The notes under the pieces are model-generated. The model saw nothing but the letters and a program-made list of their open reading frames with translations. It did no database searches and was not told the DNA's origin. Below, piece after piece: positions 20,194-28,566 of a DNA stretch of 64,000 bases. The translations under genes were made by a program, and so were the position numbers. Position 1 is the stretch's first letter. Each line of letters begins with the position of its first letter. Source of the stretch: Candidatus Omnitrophota bacterium (GTDB lineage: Bacteria > Omnitrophota > Gorgyraeia > Zapsychrales > Zapsychraceae); the NCBI GenBank assembly GCA_023247445.1, contig JAHFGL010000004.1, forward strand, positions 72,968-136,967, read 5' to 3'.

Positions 20194-20871
20194 ATGAACC
20201 TTACGGGAAGTTTTCTTGATTACTTTATTGTCTTTGGCAGTGGGGTGTTGGTCAGTTTTACGCCTTGTGTCTATCCTGTTATGCCTTTGACGGCCAGCTT
20301 TATTGGGGGCATTAATACAAAAGGAACAAAGCTTAACGGACTTTTTCTTTCCTTAATATATGTTTTTGGGATGGCGATTGTTTATTGTTCTTTTGCTGTC
20401 TTTGCCGCTTTGACTGGGAAGGTTTTCGGCCAAATCCAAAACAATCCGATTATTTACCTTATTGTCGCCAATGTTCTTATCCTTTCCGCCTTGGCGATGT
20501 TTGATATTATTCCGTTACCAACCCTTGGTTTTTCTACGCATCATAAAATTAAATCAAAAAATTTATGGGCGGTCGTTCTTTTTGGCATGGCCTCAGGACT
20601 TGTGGTTGGTCCTTGCACAGCCCCTGTTTTAGGGACATTACTTTTTTATGTGGCTTCTAAACAGAATATTTGGCATGGGATAAGCCTTTTGTTTGTTTTT
20701 TCCTATGGAGTGGGGGCTTCTCTAATACTATTAGGAACTTTTAGCGGGATGATTGCTAATTTACCGAAGTCTGGGCTGTGGCTTGTGCGGGTAAAGCAGT
20801 TTTGTGGGGTGATTTTATTAATAGCTGCTGAGTATTTTTTAATCAAATCGGGATCTTTGTGGTTATTTTAG
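20194..20871 (+). CDS. ccdA: CcdA/DsbD-beta transmembrane thiol-disulfide electron transporter
   Basis: SFTPCVYPVMP and GPCTAPVL paired Cys; LPKSG.W...VK. Confidence 0.9.
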   Translation: MNLTGSFLDYFIVFGSGVLVSFTPCVYPVMPLTASFIGGINTKGTKLNGLFLSLIYVFGMAIVYCSFAVFAALTGKVFGQIQNNPIIYLIVANVLILSALAMFDIIPLPTLGFSTHHKIKSKNLWAVVLFGMASGLVVGPCTAPVLGTLLFYVASKQNIWHGISLLFVFSYGVGASLILLGTFSGMIANLPKSGLWLVRVKQFCGVILLIAAEYFLIKSGSLWLF

Positions 20872-21023
20872 GGGTGTTAAAGAATTAAAAAAAATAATGT
20901 GATATTTTAAAAGATTGGTATAATTACCGTTAATCTAAATTGGCCTTAGAAAATAACGTCAACTAAACCAAGTTGGCCAAACAATTTACAATTTTAACAA
21001 GTATTAACGAAAGGACAGAACAA

Positions 21024-21320
21024 ATGAAAAAAGTCAGTATGTTAACCATCGCCCTAATGCTTATCTTAGGCACAACAACCTTTGTTAAAGCCGAGGGTGA
21101 TGAAAAGGCCGTTGCTGCCCAGGGAGCTTATACAGATGAAGGTTATGCTGTTGGGCAAGATGCCATGATGGATGCAGGGGCAGAGATGATGAATGGTACC
21201 GAAGAAAACATGATGGAAGGTATGGAAGAGAATATGAATGCCATGGAAGAAAACATGAATGCCATGATGGAAGATAACGCAGGAATGAATGACGGCATGA
21301 TGAAGGAAAGTGGTTATTAA
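21024..21320 (+). CDS. Small secreted Met-rich acidic protein
   Basis: AAGGA RBS, ATG 21024, signal peptide ending VKA; 15 Met in the last 52 residues; MEENMNA repeated. Confidence 0.75.
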   Translation: MKKVSMLTIALMLILGTTTFVKAEGDEKAVAAQGAYTDEGYAVGQDAMMDAGAEMMNGTEENMMEGMEENMNAMEENMNAMMEDNAGMNDGMMKESGY

Positions 21321-21345
21321 TTTTCAAATTTAAGGAGCGAGGTAT

Positions 21346-21945
21346 ATGCGATTTAGAAAACAATTATTAAGCCTGGCAGCATCTTTCTTGGTTGTTGGGT
21401 TTTTAGCACAACCTCTCTTGGCTGCGGATAAATATGAGATTGATTCCGTCCATTCCAATATAGGCTTTTCTGTTAAACATTTAATGGTTAGTACAGTATT
21501 AGGCCATTTTAATGACTATACAGGGGCCATCGAGTTTGATAAGAGCGATGATGCTGCCTTTAAAGCTGATGTGACGATTCAAACTCAGAGTATTGACACC
21601 AACAATGAGAATCGAGATAAGCATCTTCGTAATGCGGATTTTTTTGATGCTGAGAAATATCCAACGATAACTTTCCAAAGCAAAAAACTTACGGCCGCAG
21701 GTGATGGTTATGAAATTGTAGGGGATCTTACGATGCATGGTGTAACAAAAGAGATCACCATCCCTGTAACTATTGCTGGGCCTGTTAAAGGTCCTTCAGG
21801 TGCTGACGTCATTGGTCTTTCAGGAACGACCACGATTAATCGACAAGATTTTGGTATTTCCTGGAATAAAGGTTTGGATAGTGGTGGACTTGTTGTTGAA
21901 GATAACGTTAAGCTTATTATTGATATAGAAGCACATAAAAAGTAG
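21346..21945 (+). CDS. yceI: YceI family periplasmic polyisoprenoid-binding protein
   Basis: YEIDSVHS.IGF.VKH, SIDT.NE.RDKHLR..DFF, GDLTMHGVTK, INRQDFGISW. Confidence 0.93.
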   Translation: MRFRKQLLSLAASFLVVGFLAQPLLAADKYEIDSVHSNIGFSVKHLMVSTVLGHFNDYTGAIEFDKSDDAAFKADVTIQTQSIDTNNENRDKHLRNADFFDAEKYPTITFQSKKLTAAGDGYEIVGDLTMHGVTKEITIPVTIAGPVKGPSGADVIGLSGTTTINRQDFGISWNKGLDSGGLVVEDNVKLIIDIEAHKK

Positions 21946-21963
21946 TTTGATCTTTTATTGACT

Positions 21964-21995
21964 AAAGGCAGCCTTCAAAAGAGGCTGCCTTTTTT
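21964..21995 (+). terminator. Intrinsic terminator after yceI
   Basis: AAAGGCAGCCTT-caaaa-GAGGCTGCCTTTTTT. Confidence 0.9.
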
Positions 21996-22000
21996 ATTGA

Positions 22001-22118
22001 GCGCGAAAAGAAACTGGCGTAAGCTCGTGGATGAAGCGCCTCCGAGATTACAAAGATCGAGGACAAACGTAGCTTGTAATACAAGACGGTCAGAATGCCA
22101 CGTCCGTAATGGCGTGGA
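22001..22118 (+). mobile_element. IS200/IS605-like end-hairpin remnant (possible non-autonomous PATE/MITE)
   Basis: Degenerate hairpin ending CGTGGATGAA (22026-22035) and CAGAATGCCACG-tccgtaatgg-CGTGG (22091-22117). Both motifs recur at 26802-26831. No transposase in the window. Confidence 0.55.
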
Positions 22119-22358
22119 AATTTACTTTTAAACCCTTATTATAGAGAAATTTTGTAGTTTTCAGGTAGCGGTTTCTTTTATACAAGATGAAATTGCTTTA
22201 TCGACGACAATTAGATTAAAAAGTAGATTTATTGGTTTAATAAAAATCATGAAAATTCTTTAGATTTTATATTACGACAGAAAATAGATTGTATACTTAG
22301 GATGTAGATAAAATTTGAGGAAAATCCTAATTTTTAGGAGCCCTGTGAAGTTACAGGG

Positions 22359-22474
22359 GGGCAAACCTAGGGAAACCTAGGGACCCACGCGCCACGTAGG
22401 GCGCGTGGCCATGAAATTACGTTAAGTTCATGGGCAAAGCCAAAAGGATCCTTCGGGATGGCCAGGCTACCGAA
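22359..22474 (+). ncRNA. c-di-GMP-I (GEMM-I)-like riboswitch with a 49-nt two-hairpin insertion
   Basis: GGGCAAAC overlapping the CCTAGG-GAAA-CCTAGG stem, then GAC, the insert at 22385-22433, GCAAAGCC...ATCC-TTCG-GGAT...GGCTACCGAA. Without the insert this matches the class I consensus, but P3 is short. Confidence 0.7.
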
Positions 22475-22528
22475 TCAAAATGAATATTTTTAGATTAAAC
22501 TTAGATAAAAGTAAAAACAAATTACTAA

Positions 22529-22568
22529 GCCAGAATAGCTTTAGCCGTGCTATCCTGGCATCTTTTTT
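22529..22568 (+). terminator. Putative terminator/expression platform downstream of the GEMM-like aptamer
   Basis: GCCAGaATAGC-tttagccgt-GCTATcCTGGC followed by ATCTTTTTT, immediately before the likely start codon. Confidence 0.65.
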
Positions 22569-22569
22569 G

Positions 22570-25500
22570 GTGACGAAGATTAGAAGAAACATTTTCTTAC
22601 TGTTTTACTTCTTATCCTTGACCCATGGGGCTTTAGCTTTGCCTATTGAGCCTTTGGAAGATAAGACTGTGAGCTGCCAGGCGAATCAACAGCCGTTTTA
22701 TGGACAATGTATGGATACGCTCAAAATTTTTGGCCAGCGTAGTATTAAAGAAATTGTTCCTGATTTAACAACGGGCCGCTCGCAAGGGACGCATGGCCCA
22801 GGAGTCCTTGTTGATCGAAGAAAACGCCCTAATATATTTTATGTTTTTGATACAGGGAATAATCGTGTTTTAGGGTTTCGTTCTTTAGGACAATGTGCCT
22901 TAAGCCAGCAATATTGTACGAATAATACCGACTGTCCACAGAGTGGTGATCAATGTCTTCTTGATCTTAGGGAAGCTGATCTAGTTTTTGGTCAACCAGA
23001 TAGGAGATCTTCAAGCTGTAATGGCGACAGTAATTTAGGGTATTTTAAAAAGCCGTCAAAAGAAAGTTTGTGTTTGATGGATATTCCAACTAATACCAAT
23101 TTTGCTGAACAGTGGACGCATATTAATTTTGATGTTGATCAAAAGGGTAATCTCTATATTCCAGATGTCTATAATAACCGTGTGTTACGTTACAATGAAC
23201 CTTTTTGCCAGGGAAGTAGTTGTCCTTCGGGTGCTGGAGATACGATAGCTGATATGGTTTGGGGACAAAACGACTTTAATTTTAATGAACGTAATCGACC
23301 AGTTTCTCTGACAACATTAGAATTGTCACAGCGATTAGGATCTTCACGCGGAGTGTCTATTGATCTTGCCGGAAACCTTTGGATCGCGGATATCCATAAT
23401 CATCGCGTTCTGCGGTTTGCTTTTAATTCAAAAGAACCAAATTTAGTTATAGGACAAAAGGATTTTTATTCCAGGTCATCAGAATGCCGTTTAGACAATT
23501 TAACGCTAGATAAACTTTGTCGTCCTACATTAGCTAAAATAAATCCGAATGATAATCGTTTGTATGTTATTGATGAAATTGATTTTGAAGGATTCCGCGC
23601 TCGAATCCTTGTTTATGATCCGCCTTTTACGACGGGAAAACCAGCATCTCGTGTTATTGTTCCCGAGGATCCTTCCTCTGAAAGTTATTTTACAGCTAGC
23701 ACATTAATGTTTAATACATTTTATAAAGAGGGAAGCTGTCAAGCAGTGGAAATGATTGTCAGCGAACACTCAAGAGTTGATGGCCCACAAAAGACGTTAA
23801 TGCTTAATAAAGATGGAGAATTTATCAATTATTTCGGATTGCAAAGTTCATGGCCGTCAGGAAATATGGGGTTAGATAATGATAAAAATGTGTATGTTAA
23901 TTTGGAAACAGATTTAATGAATACGGTATGGCGTTATTATTTAGATGGAAGTGAAGGATCTTGTAAAACTAATCTGCTGGATAACTTTTTTGGAAATAAT
24001 GAAAAAAGCCAGCGAACAATTCATGGCTCTATAGGAATCGCTATTCATGAAGGGAATTTAATTGTTAATGATAAAAAGAGGACGTTAGTTTGGGAAAATT
24101 ATAAAAACAAAATGGATTTTGGGAGTCCCGCGGATCAAGTTGTTGCCACTCAATCAACGGGTCGTGCTCATTTTGCTATTGATGATCAAAATAGATTTTG
24201 GACAACCAATGAAACGGGACAATTAGCGGTGTATCAACTTCCTTTAACAAAGGATAGTGTTCCTTTAAATGCAGATGTTAAGCTTAGAGATTTTTATACT
24301 ACTTCCGGCCCTACTTTTTATAAGGATCCGATAGATTCTACTAAAAATGCTCTTTTTATTCCTGTTGGACGGAGAATATATCGTATACGAGATTATAATA
24401 ATTTTCAGGACAGACTTCTTGAGGATGTTTATTTTGGTGGGGATCCTAGACAAGATGGGTGCAGCACGCTACACCCAATGTTCTTATGTAATCCACTCTC
24501 AGTTGAATTTGATAAGTTGGGAAATATGTATGTCCTTGATAGTAATTATGAATGTCATGGAAATAATAGTATTGTGGTCTATCCTAATTCGCAAGTTAGG
24601 GGTCCTATAGGTCCTATGGAAGCTCATAAAATTTTTATCAGAGATTCTTTTTATAAACCCAAAAGTTGTGATAGGGCTCCGCAGGGAATATCCGTTCCTG
24701 TGGCCATTGCTTTTAATGATAAGAATAATATGGTTGTTGGCAGAGATGGTTATGGCAATGATCAATTTGGCAAAAGACCAGAAGTTCGTCCTTTGGAACA
24801 ACTCGCCTTTTATAAAAATCCTTTAGAACAATACGCGGATGGCAGTTATGTCATGGGTCAAAATCCAGACGCGTTTATACGCTATCCAATGGGGGCTTCA
24901 GGGAGCATGGTCTTTAACGACAATGGACATCTTGTCATCCAGGATCATACTTGGAGCAGGGTCTCTGTGATTGATATCTTTGAGAAAGGTAGCGCGGGAA
25001 AGTACAAGTGGTTAATTCCCGTTAAACGAGATGATGATGGCGACGGCATCATTAATTTTGATGATAATTGTCCGTATATTGCCAATAATAACCAAAGCGA
25101 TGTTGATATAGATGGTAAAGGCGATGTCTGTGATAACGTCTTTGTTCCAGTCAAAAGCCAATATGATACAACTTTTAGAACATTCGTAAGATTTAGGTTA
25201 AATGTCATTAATCCCGACTTCCCGCATAGTTTATTTTTTAAAAAATCTGGAGATGAATATGGTACTTTAGATGAAAAAACAGGAATGTTTCAACTGGTTT
25301 TTGGTGATAATCCCCCCACGCAAAAAATTTTTAACTTTCGGTTTGAGATTACTGATGGACATCAGTTAAATGTTTCTCAAAATGTAACAGTTAACTATCA
25401 TTCAACATTGCCTTATTTTAATGTAATACAAAATTCAGACGCTATCGTTGGGCAGGCACATACTTTAAAGGTCGGAACCAACCGACAAAATGCTTTTTTA

Positions 25501-26772
25501 TCTCCTAAGGACGAGGATCTTTTGCCAGGGGCTACGAGAATTGTCGATCCCACTGAGATGACCATCAATTGGATCCCTACAAGTGTTCCTGCGGTTAACC
25601 CAATTGTTATGTTTAGAGTACTTAGTGAGAGCAAAGAGACAATAGAGTTCCCTGTTGAAATTAAATTTGCCAGGCCCCAATTAAGTAATTTGGAATATTC
25701 ATATCACGCGGTTTTAGACAGAAAGCTTCATATCCCATTATATGTTATTAATCGAGATGTGAATTATCCGGTTACGTTTTCAATGGAGGGAGCCCCACAA
25801 GGCGCAACGCTTAACGCACAGACGGGTGTCTTTGAGTTTACGCCCACATGGCAGGATTTAGGTAAAGAATATGTAATAACCTTTAATGCTAAAGATAATC
25901 ATAAAATTAATGATTATAAATTCTCTGTTATCAGAGTTGATTATGATATGCCTCCTCAAATGCAACTTACAGGAAGCACAACAGCTATTGTCTCGCAGCC
26001 TATGCAGTTTACGGTTCATATTTATGATTCAGATAATCTGGAAGATTTAAAGATTTTAGCTCCAACAGCGGAGAATCTGCCACCGGGAGCAACATTGACA
26101 ATAGTCAAATCAAGTGATCATTATCGTATGGTTGTGGATTGGACTCCAAGAGAATATTCTACGAATACTTTTGAGATTCCTTTTCGTGCCAATGACGGGC
26201 ATATGGACGTAGAAAAAATAGTTAAGGTTCGATTTGCCGCCGCGCCTAAAATTACTCCGATTGAAACTAGGGAATATGTACTCGGCAACATTAAGAAAAT
26301 TCCATTTATAGCTAGGGATGTTAATGATGATATAACAGAATTTTCAGTTGAGGCTTTTAATCCGCAAAGTAATTTAAGTCTTACATTAACTGACGTTATA
26401 CAGCCTATTAACAATCTAATTTTTACTCATGAATTCAAATGGAAACCGCCCAGTGGAGGTTTGTGGAAGATAATCATTACAGCTAAAGATAAAACAAACC
26501 TAACAACTAAGTCAGAGTTTTATCTTCAACAAACAGGCTGTTTTATCGCAACAGCCGCTTATGGATCAGCGATGGTTAACGAGGTGGGGGTTTTGCGCAA
26601 TTTGCGTGATGACGTGCTATTAAAATTCAAAGCAGGCAGGAATTTTGTAAGTTGGTATTATCAAACAAGTCCTCCGGTTGCTGAAGAATTAGCTAAACAT
26701 CAAAAGCTTCGCTTAGTTATTCGGGCGACTTTAATGCCGCTAATTAAGGTAAGCTTGTGGTTACAAAATTAA
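22570..26772 (+). CDS. Large secreted surface protein: NHL beta-propeller repeats, thrombospondin type-3 repeats, Ig/He_PIG-like domains, CFI-box-CTERM
   Basis: Signal peptide from GTG 22570 (...HGALA). NHL repeats (DTGNNRVL, ADLVFGQPD, ADIHNHRVLRF); TSP3 DDDGDGIINFDDNCPYIANNNQSDVDIDGKGDVCD; GAPQGATLNAQTGVFEFTP; GCFIATAAYGS...GRNFVSWYYQTSPP. The ORF track starts at 22480. Confidence 0.82.
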   Translation: MTKIRRNIFLLFYFLSLTHGALALPIEPLEDKTVSCQANQQPFYGQCMDTLKIFGQRSIKEIVPDLTTGRSQGTHGPGVLVDRRKRPNIFYVFDTGNNRVLGFRSLGQCALSQQYCTNNTDCPQSGDQCLLDLREADLVFGQPDRRSSSCNGDSNLGYFKKPSKESLCLMDIPTNTNFAEQWTHINFDVDQKGNLYIPDVYNNRVLRYNEPFCQGSSCPSGAGDTIADMVWGQNDFNFNERNRPVSLTTLELSQRLGSSRGVSIDLAGNLWIADIHNHRVLRFAFNSKEPNLVIGQKDFYSRSSECRLDNLTLDKLCRPTLAKINPNDNRLYVIDEIDFEGFRARILVYDPPFTTGKPASRVIVPEDPSSESYFTASTLMFNTFYKEGSCQAVEMIVSEHSRVDGPQKTLMLNKDGEFINYFGLQSSWPSGNMGLDNDKNVYVNLETDLMNTVWRYYLDGSEGSCKTNLLDNFFGNNEKSQRTIHGSIGIAIHEGNLIVNDKKRTLVWENYKNKMDFGSPADQVVATQSTGRAHFAIDDQNRFWTTNETGQLAVYQLPLTKDSVPLNADVKLRDFYTTSGPTFYKDPIDSTKNALFIPVGRRIYRIRDYNNFQDRLLEDVYFGGDPRQDGCSTLHPMFLCNPLSVEFDKLGNMYVLDSNYECHGNNSIVVYPNSQVRGPIGPMEAHKIFIRDSFYKPKSCDRAPQGISVPVAIAFNDKNNMVVGRDGYGNDQFGKRPEVRPLEQLAFYKNPLEQYADGSYVMGQNPDAFIRYPMGASGSMVFNDNGHLVIQDHTWSRVSVIDIFEKGSAGKYKWLIPVKRDDDGDGIINFDDNCPYIANNNQSDVDIDGKGDVCDNVFVPVKSQYDTTFRTFVRFRLNVINPDFPHSLFFKKSGDEYGTLDEKTGMFQLVFGDNPPTQKIFNFRFEITDGHQLNVSQNVTVNYHSTLPYFNVIQNSDAIVGQAHTLKVGTNRQNAFLSPKDEDLLPGATRIVDPTEMTINWIPTSVPAVNPIVMFRVLSESKETIEFPVEIKFARPQLSNLEYSYHAVLDRKLHIPLYVINRDVNYPVTFSMEGAPQGATLNAQTGVFEFTPTWQDLGKEYVITFNAKDNHKINDYKFSVIRVDYDMPPQMQLTGSTTAIVSQPMQFTVHIYDSDNLEDLKILAPTAENLPPGATLTIVKSSDHYRMVVDWTPREYSTNTFEIPFRANDGHMDVEKIVKVRFAAAPKITPIETREYVLGNIKKIPFIARDVNDDITEFSVEAFNPQSNLSLTLTDVIQPINNLIFTHEFKWKPPSGGLWKIIITAKDKTNLTTKSEFYLQQTGCFIATAAYGSAMVNEVGVLRNLRDDVLLKFKAGRNFVSWYYQTSPPVAEELAKHQKLRLVIRATLMPLIKVSLWLQN

Positions 26773-26790
26773 CAATAAATATTTATTACT

Positions 26791-26833
26791 CCCCGAAGGG
26801 ACAGAATGCCACGGGCTTGCCCGTGGATGAATG
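26791..26833 (+). mobile_element. IS200/IS605-like end hairpin
   Basis: CCC-GAA-GGG followed by ACAGAATG-CCACGGG-cttg-CCCGTGG-ATGAATG (perfect 7-bp stem); shares CAGAATGCCACG with 22091. Confidence 0.6.
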
Positions 26834-26980
26834 TTGAGAAGCCGATATAATAGAATGAGCGGGATGGAAAATTGATTTTATGGTCATGGAGTATATCGGA
26901 CGCAATATTATATCGTTTGGACAGCAAAATATCGGTGACCAATCCTGAATCCTGGGATAGTAAGTTATTGAGAATATCTT

Positions 26981-27604
26981 ATGATGTTATCAAAACGATT
27001 TAGCAAAGTCATTATTCCACTAGTTGCGTTCTTTTTATTGTTCCCGTGCGTTATCTTTGCCCAGCAGAAATACACAGTTGATCCTACCCAGTCGACCATT
27101 GAAGGTTCCATTAAATATACCTTGATTGGAAGATATAAGGCTCATTTCGAAGAATTCACCGGAGGTATTCATTTTGATCCCCAGAATCTTACGAAGACTT
27201 CGGTTGTCTTAAAGGTTAAAACAAAAAGCATTAAATCAAGATTTCCTAAGCTGGATCGTATGGTTCTTTCTCCACGGTTACTTAATGCCCATGAATTTCC
27301 AGAAATGATATTTGAAAGCAAGTCGATTGAAGAAAGAAATGGGAAATATTATGTTACGGGAATTTTTAATTTACGCGGGATTAAAAAAGAGATGACGTTG
27401 CCTTTTTCTATTGAAGGACCATTTATTGATAAAAAGGGGCGGGGATATTTGATCGCCAGCGGTAAATGGTTAATTAATCGTAAAGCCTTTAATTTTGTTT
27501 GGAATAAGTTTCTTGATAAGGGAGGGATTATTGTTGGCAATACGATTACCCTTGACTGGAAAATGATGGCTTTTAGAGAGAATCCTGGGCCAAAGAAGAA
27601 GTAA
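26981..27604 (+). CDS. Second YceI family protein
   Basis: Signal peptide, YTVDPTQS, FPEMIFES, G.FNLRGIKKE, INRKAF..VW; paralogue of 21346-21945. Confidence 0.85.
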   Translation: MMLSKRFSKVIIPLVAFFLLFPCVIFAQQKYTVDPTQSTIEGSIKYTLIGRYKAHFEEFTGGIHFDPQNLTKTSVVLKVKTKSIKSRFPKLDRMVLSPRLLNAHEFPEMIFESKSIEERNGKYYVTGIFNLRGIKKEMTLPFSIEGPFIDKKGRGYLIASGKWLINRKAFNFVWNKFLDKGGIIVGNTITLDWKMMAFRENPGPKKK

Positions 27605-28477
27605 CTATATCCGCACTTCTTTTAGAACAGACTTGCAGGGTTCAAGTTTATTAAGGCAGTAGAAGTGAAGACCTGGCGCCCCGCCTTTTAGAAGATCACG
27701 ACATTGCTTAATCGCAAATTCTGTTCCAGCTTTAACCACGGCTTCTTTGTCATTTTGGATGGGTTCAAAGATTCTTTTTATTTCTTCAGTGATCGTTGTT
27801 CCGCAAAGACTGGTAAAGCGTAGTAGAGCCTGGTAATCGGTGATAGGAAGAACTCCAGGGATGACAGGATTTGTAACGCCGAGACTGCGTAGGCGTTTAA
27901 CATAGTCAAAGTAATCTTGGTTGTTAAAGAAAAGCTGGGTGATAACAAAATCGGCACCGTTATCAACTTTTATTTTTAGATACTCCGCGTCTTTACTACG
28001 ATCTTTACATAAGACATGTCCTTCAGGAAAACCCGCGACACCAATTCCAAAATAATCTTTAAAATTTAGACGAATAAAAGCGCAGAGTTCGCTGCTATAT
28101 TTAAAATTATCATTGGTTGGTTGCCAATTAGGATCGCTTTGAGGTGGATCACCGCGTAAGGCCAGGACATTTTGTATCCCGCGCGATTTTATATCTTCCA
28201 ATATTCTTTTCATATCATCTTTGGTGTTTAAAACACAGGTCAAGTGAGCTAAGCCCACCGTATGATTTTTATTTTGGATATGCTCAACGATATCAAAGGT
28301 TTTGTCGCGACTGCCGCCACCGGCGCCATAAGTGCAGGAGATAAAGTCAGGCTTTAACTTACAGAGTTCATCAATGGTCACAAGAATATTTTGATAACCC
28401 TGGTCTGTCTTTGGAGGGAAAAGTTCAAACGAATAGGATCGCTGTTTGGTCTTAAAAATATCTGCTATTTTTTTCAT
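27605..28477 (-). CDS. metF: 5,10-methylenetetrahydrofolate reductase
   Basis: SFELFPPK, TYGAGG, HLTC, LALRGDPP, GADFVITQLFF, GLHFYCLN. Confidence 0.95.
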   Translation of the reverse strand: MKKIADIFKTKQRSYSFELFPPKTDQGYQNILVTIDELCKLKPDFISCTYGAGGGSRDKTFDIVEHIQNKNHTVGLAHLTCVLNTKDDMKRILEDIKSRGIQNVLALRGDPPQSDPNWQPTNDNFKYSSELCAFIRLNFKDYFGIGVAGFPEGHVLCKDRSKDAEYLKIKVDNGADFVITQLFFNNQDYFDYVKRLRSLGVTNPVIPGVLPITDYQALLRFTSLCGTTITEEIKRIFEPIQNDKEAVVKAGTEFAIKQCRDLLKGGAPGLHFYCLNKLEPCKSVLKEVRI

Positions 28478-28566
28478 TTTTTTCCTTAATTTGGTAATAT
28501 AAACTATTCAATAATATAGAAAGTAATGTCAAATTAATCAAATAATTTTATTGTAATATCTACCTT

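Noticed and set aside
22001-22480. CRISPR array or tRNA in the hairpin-rich intergenic region
   Set aside because: There are no equal-length repeats with spacers and no cloverleaf or T-loop motif. The hairpins are better explained by a terminator, IS-like ends and a GEMM-like aptamer.
28478-28566. SAM or other riboswitch upstream of metF
   Set aside because: The region is only about 90 nt, very AT-rich, shared with a divergent gene, and has no aptamer motifs.
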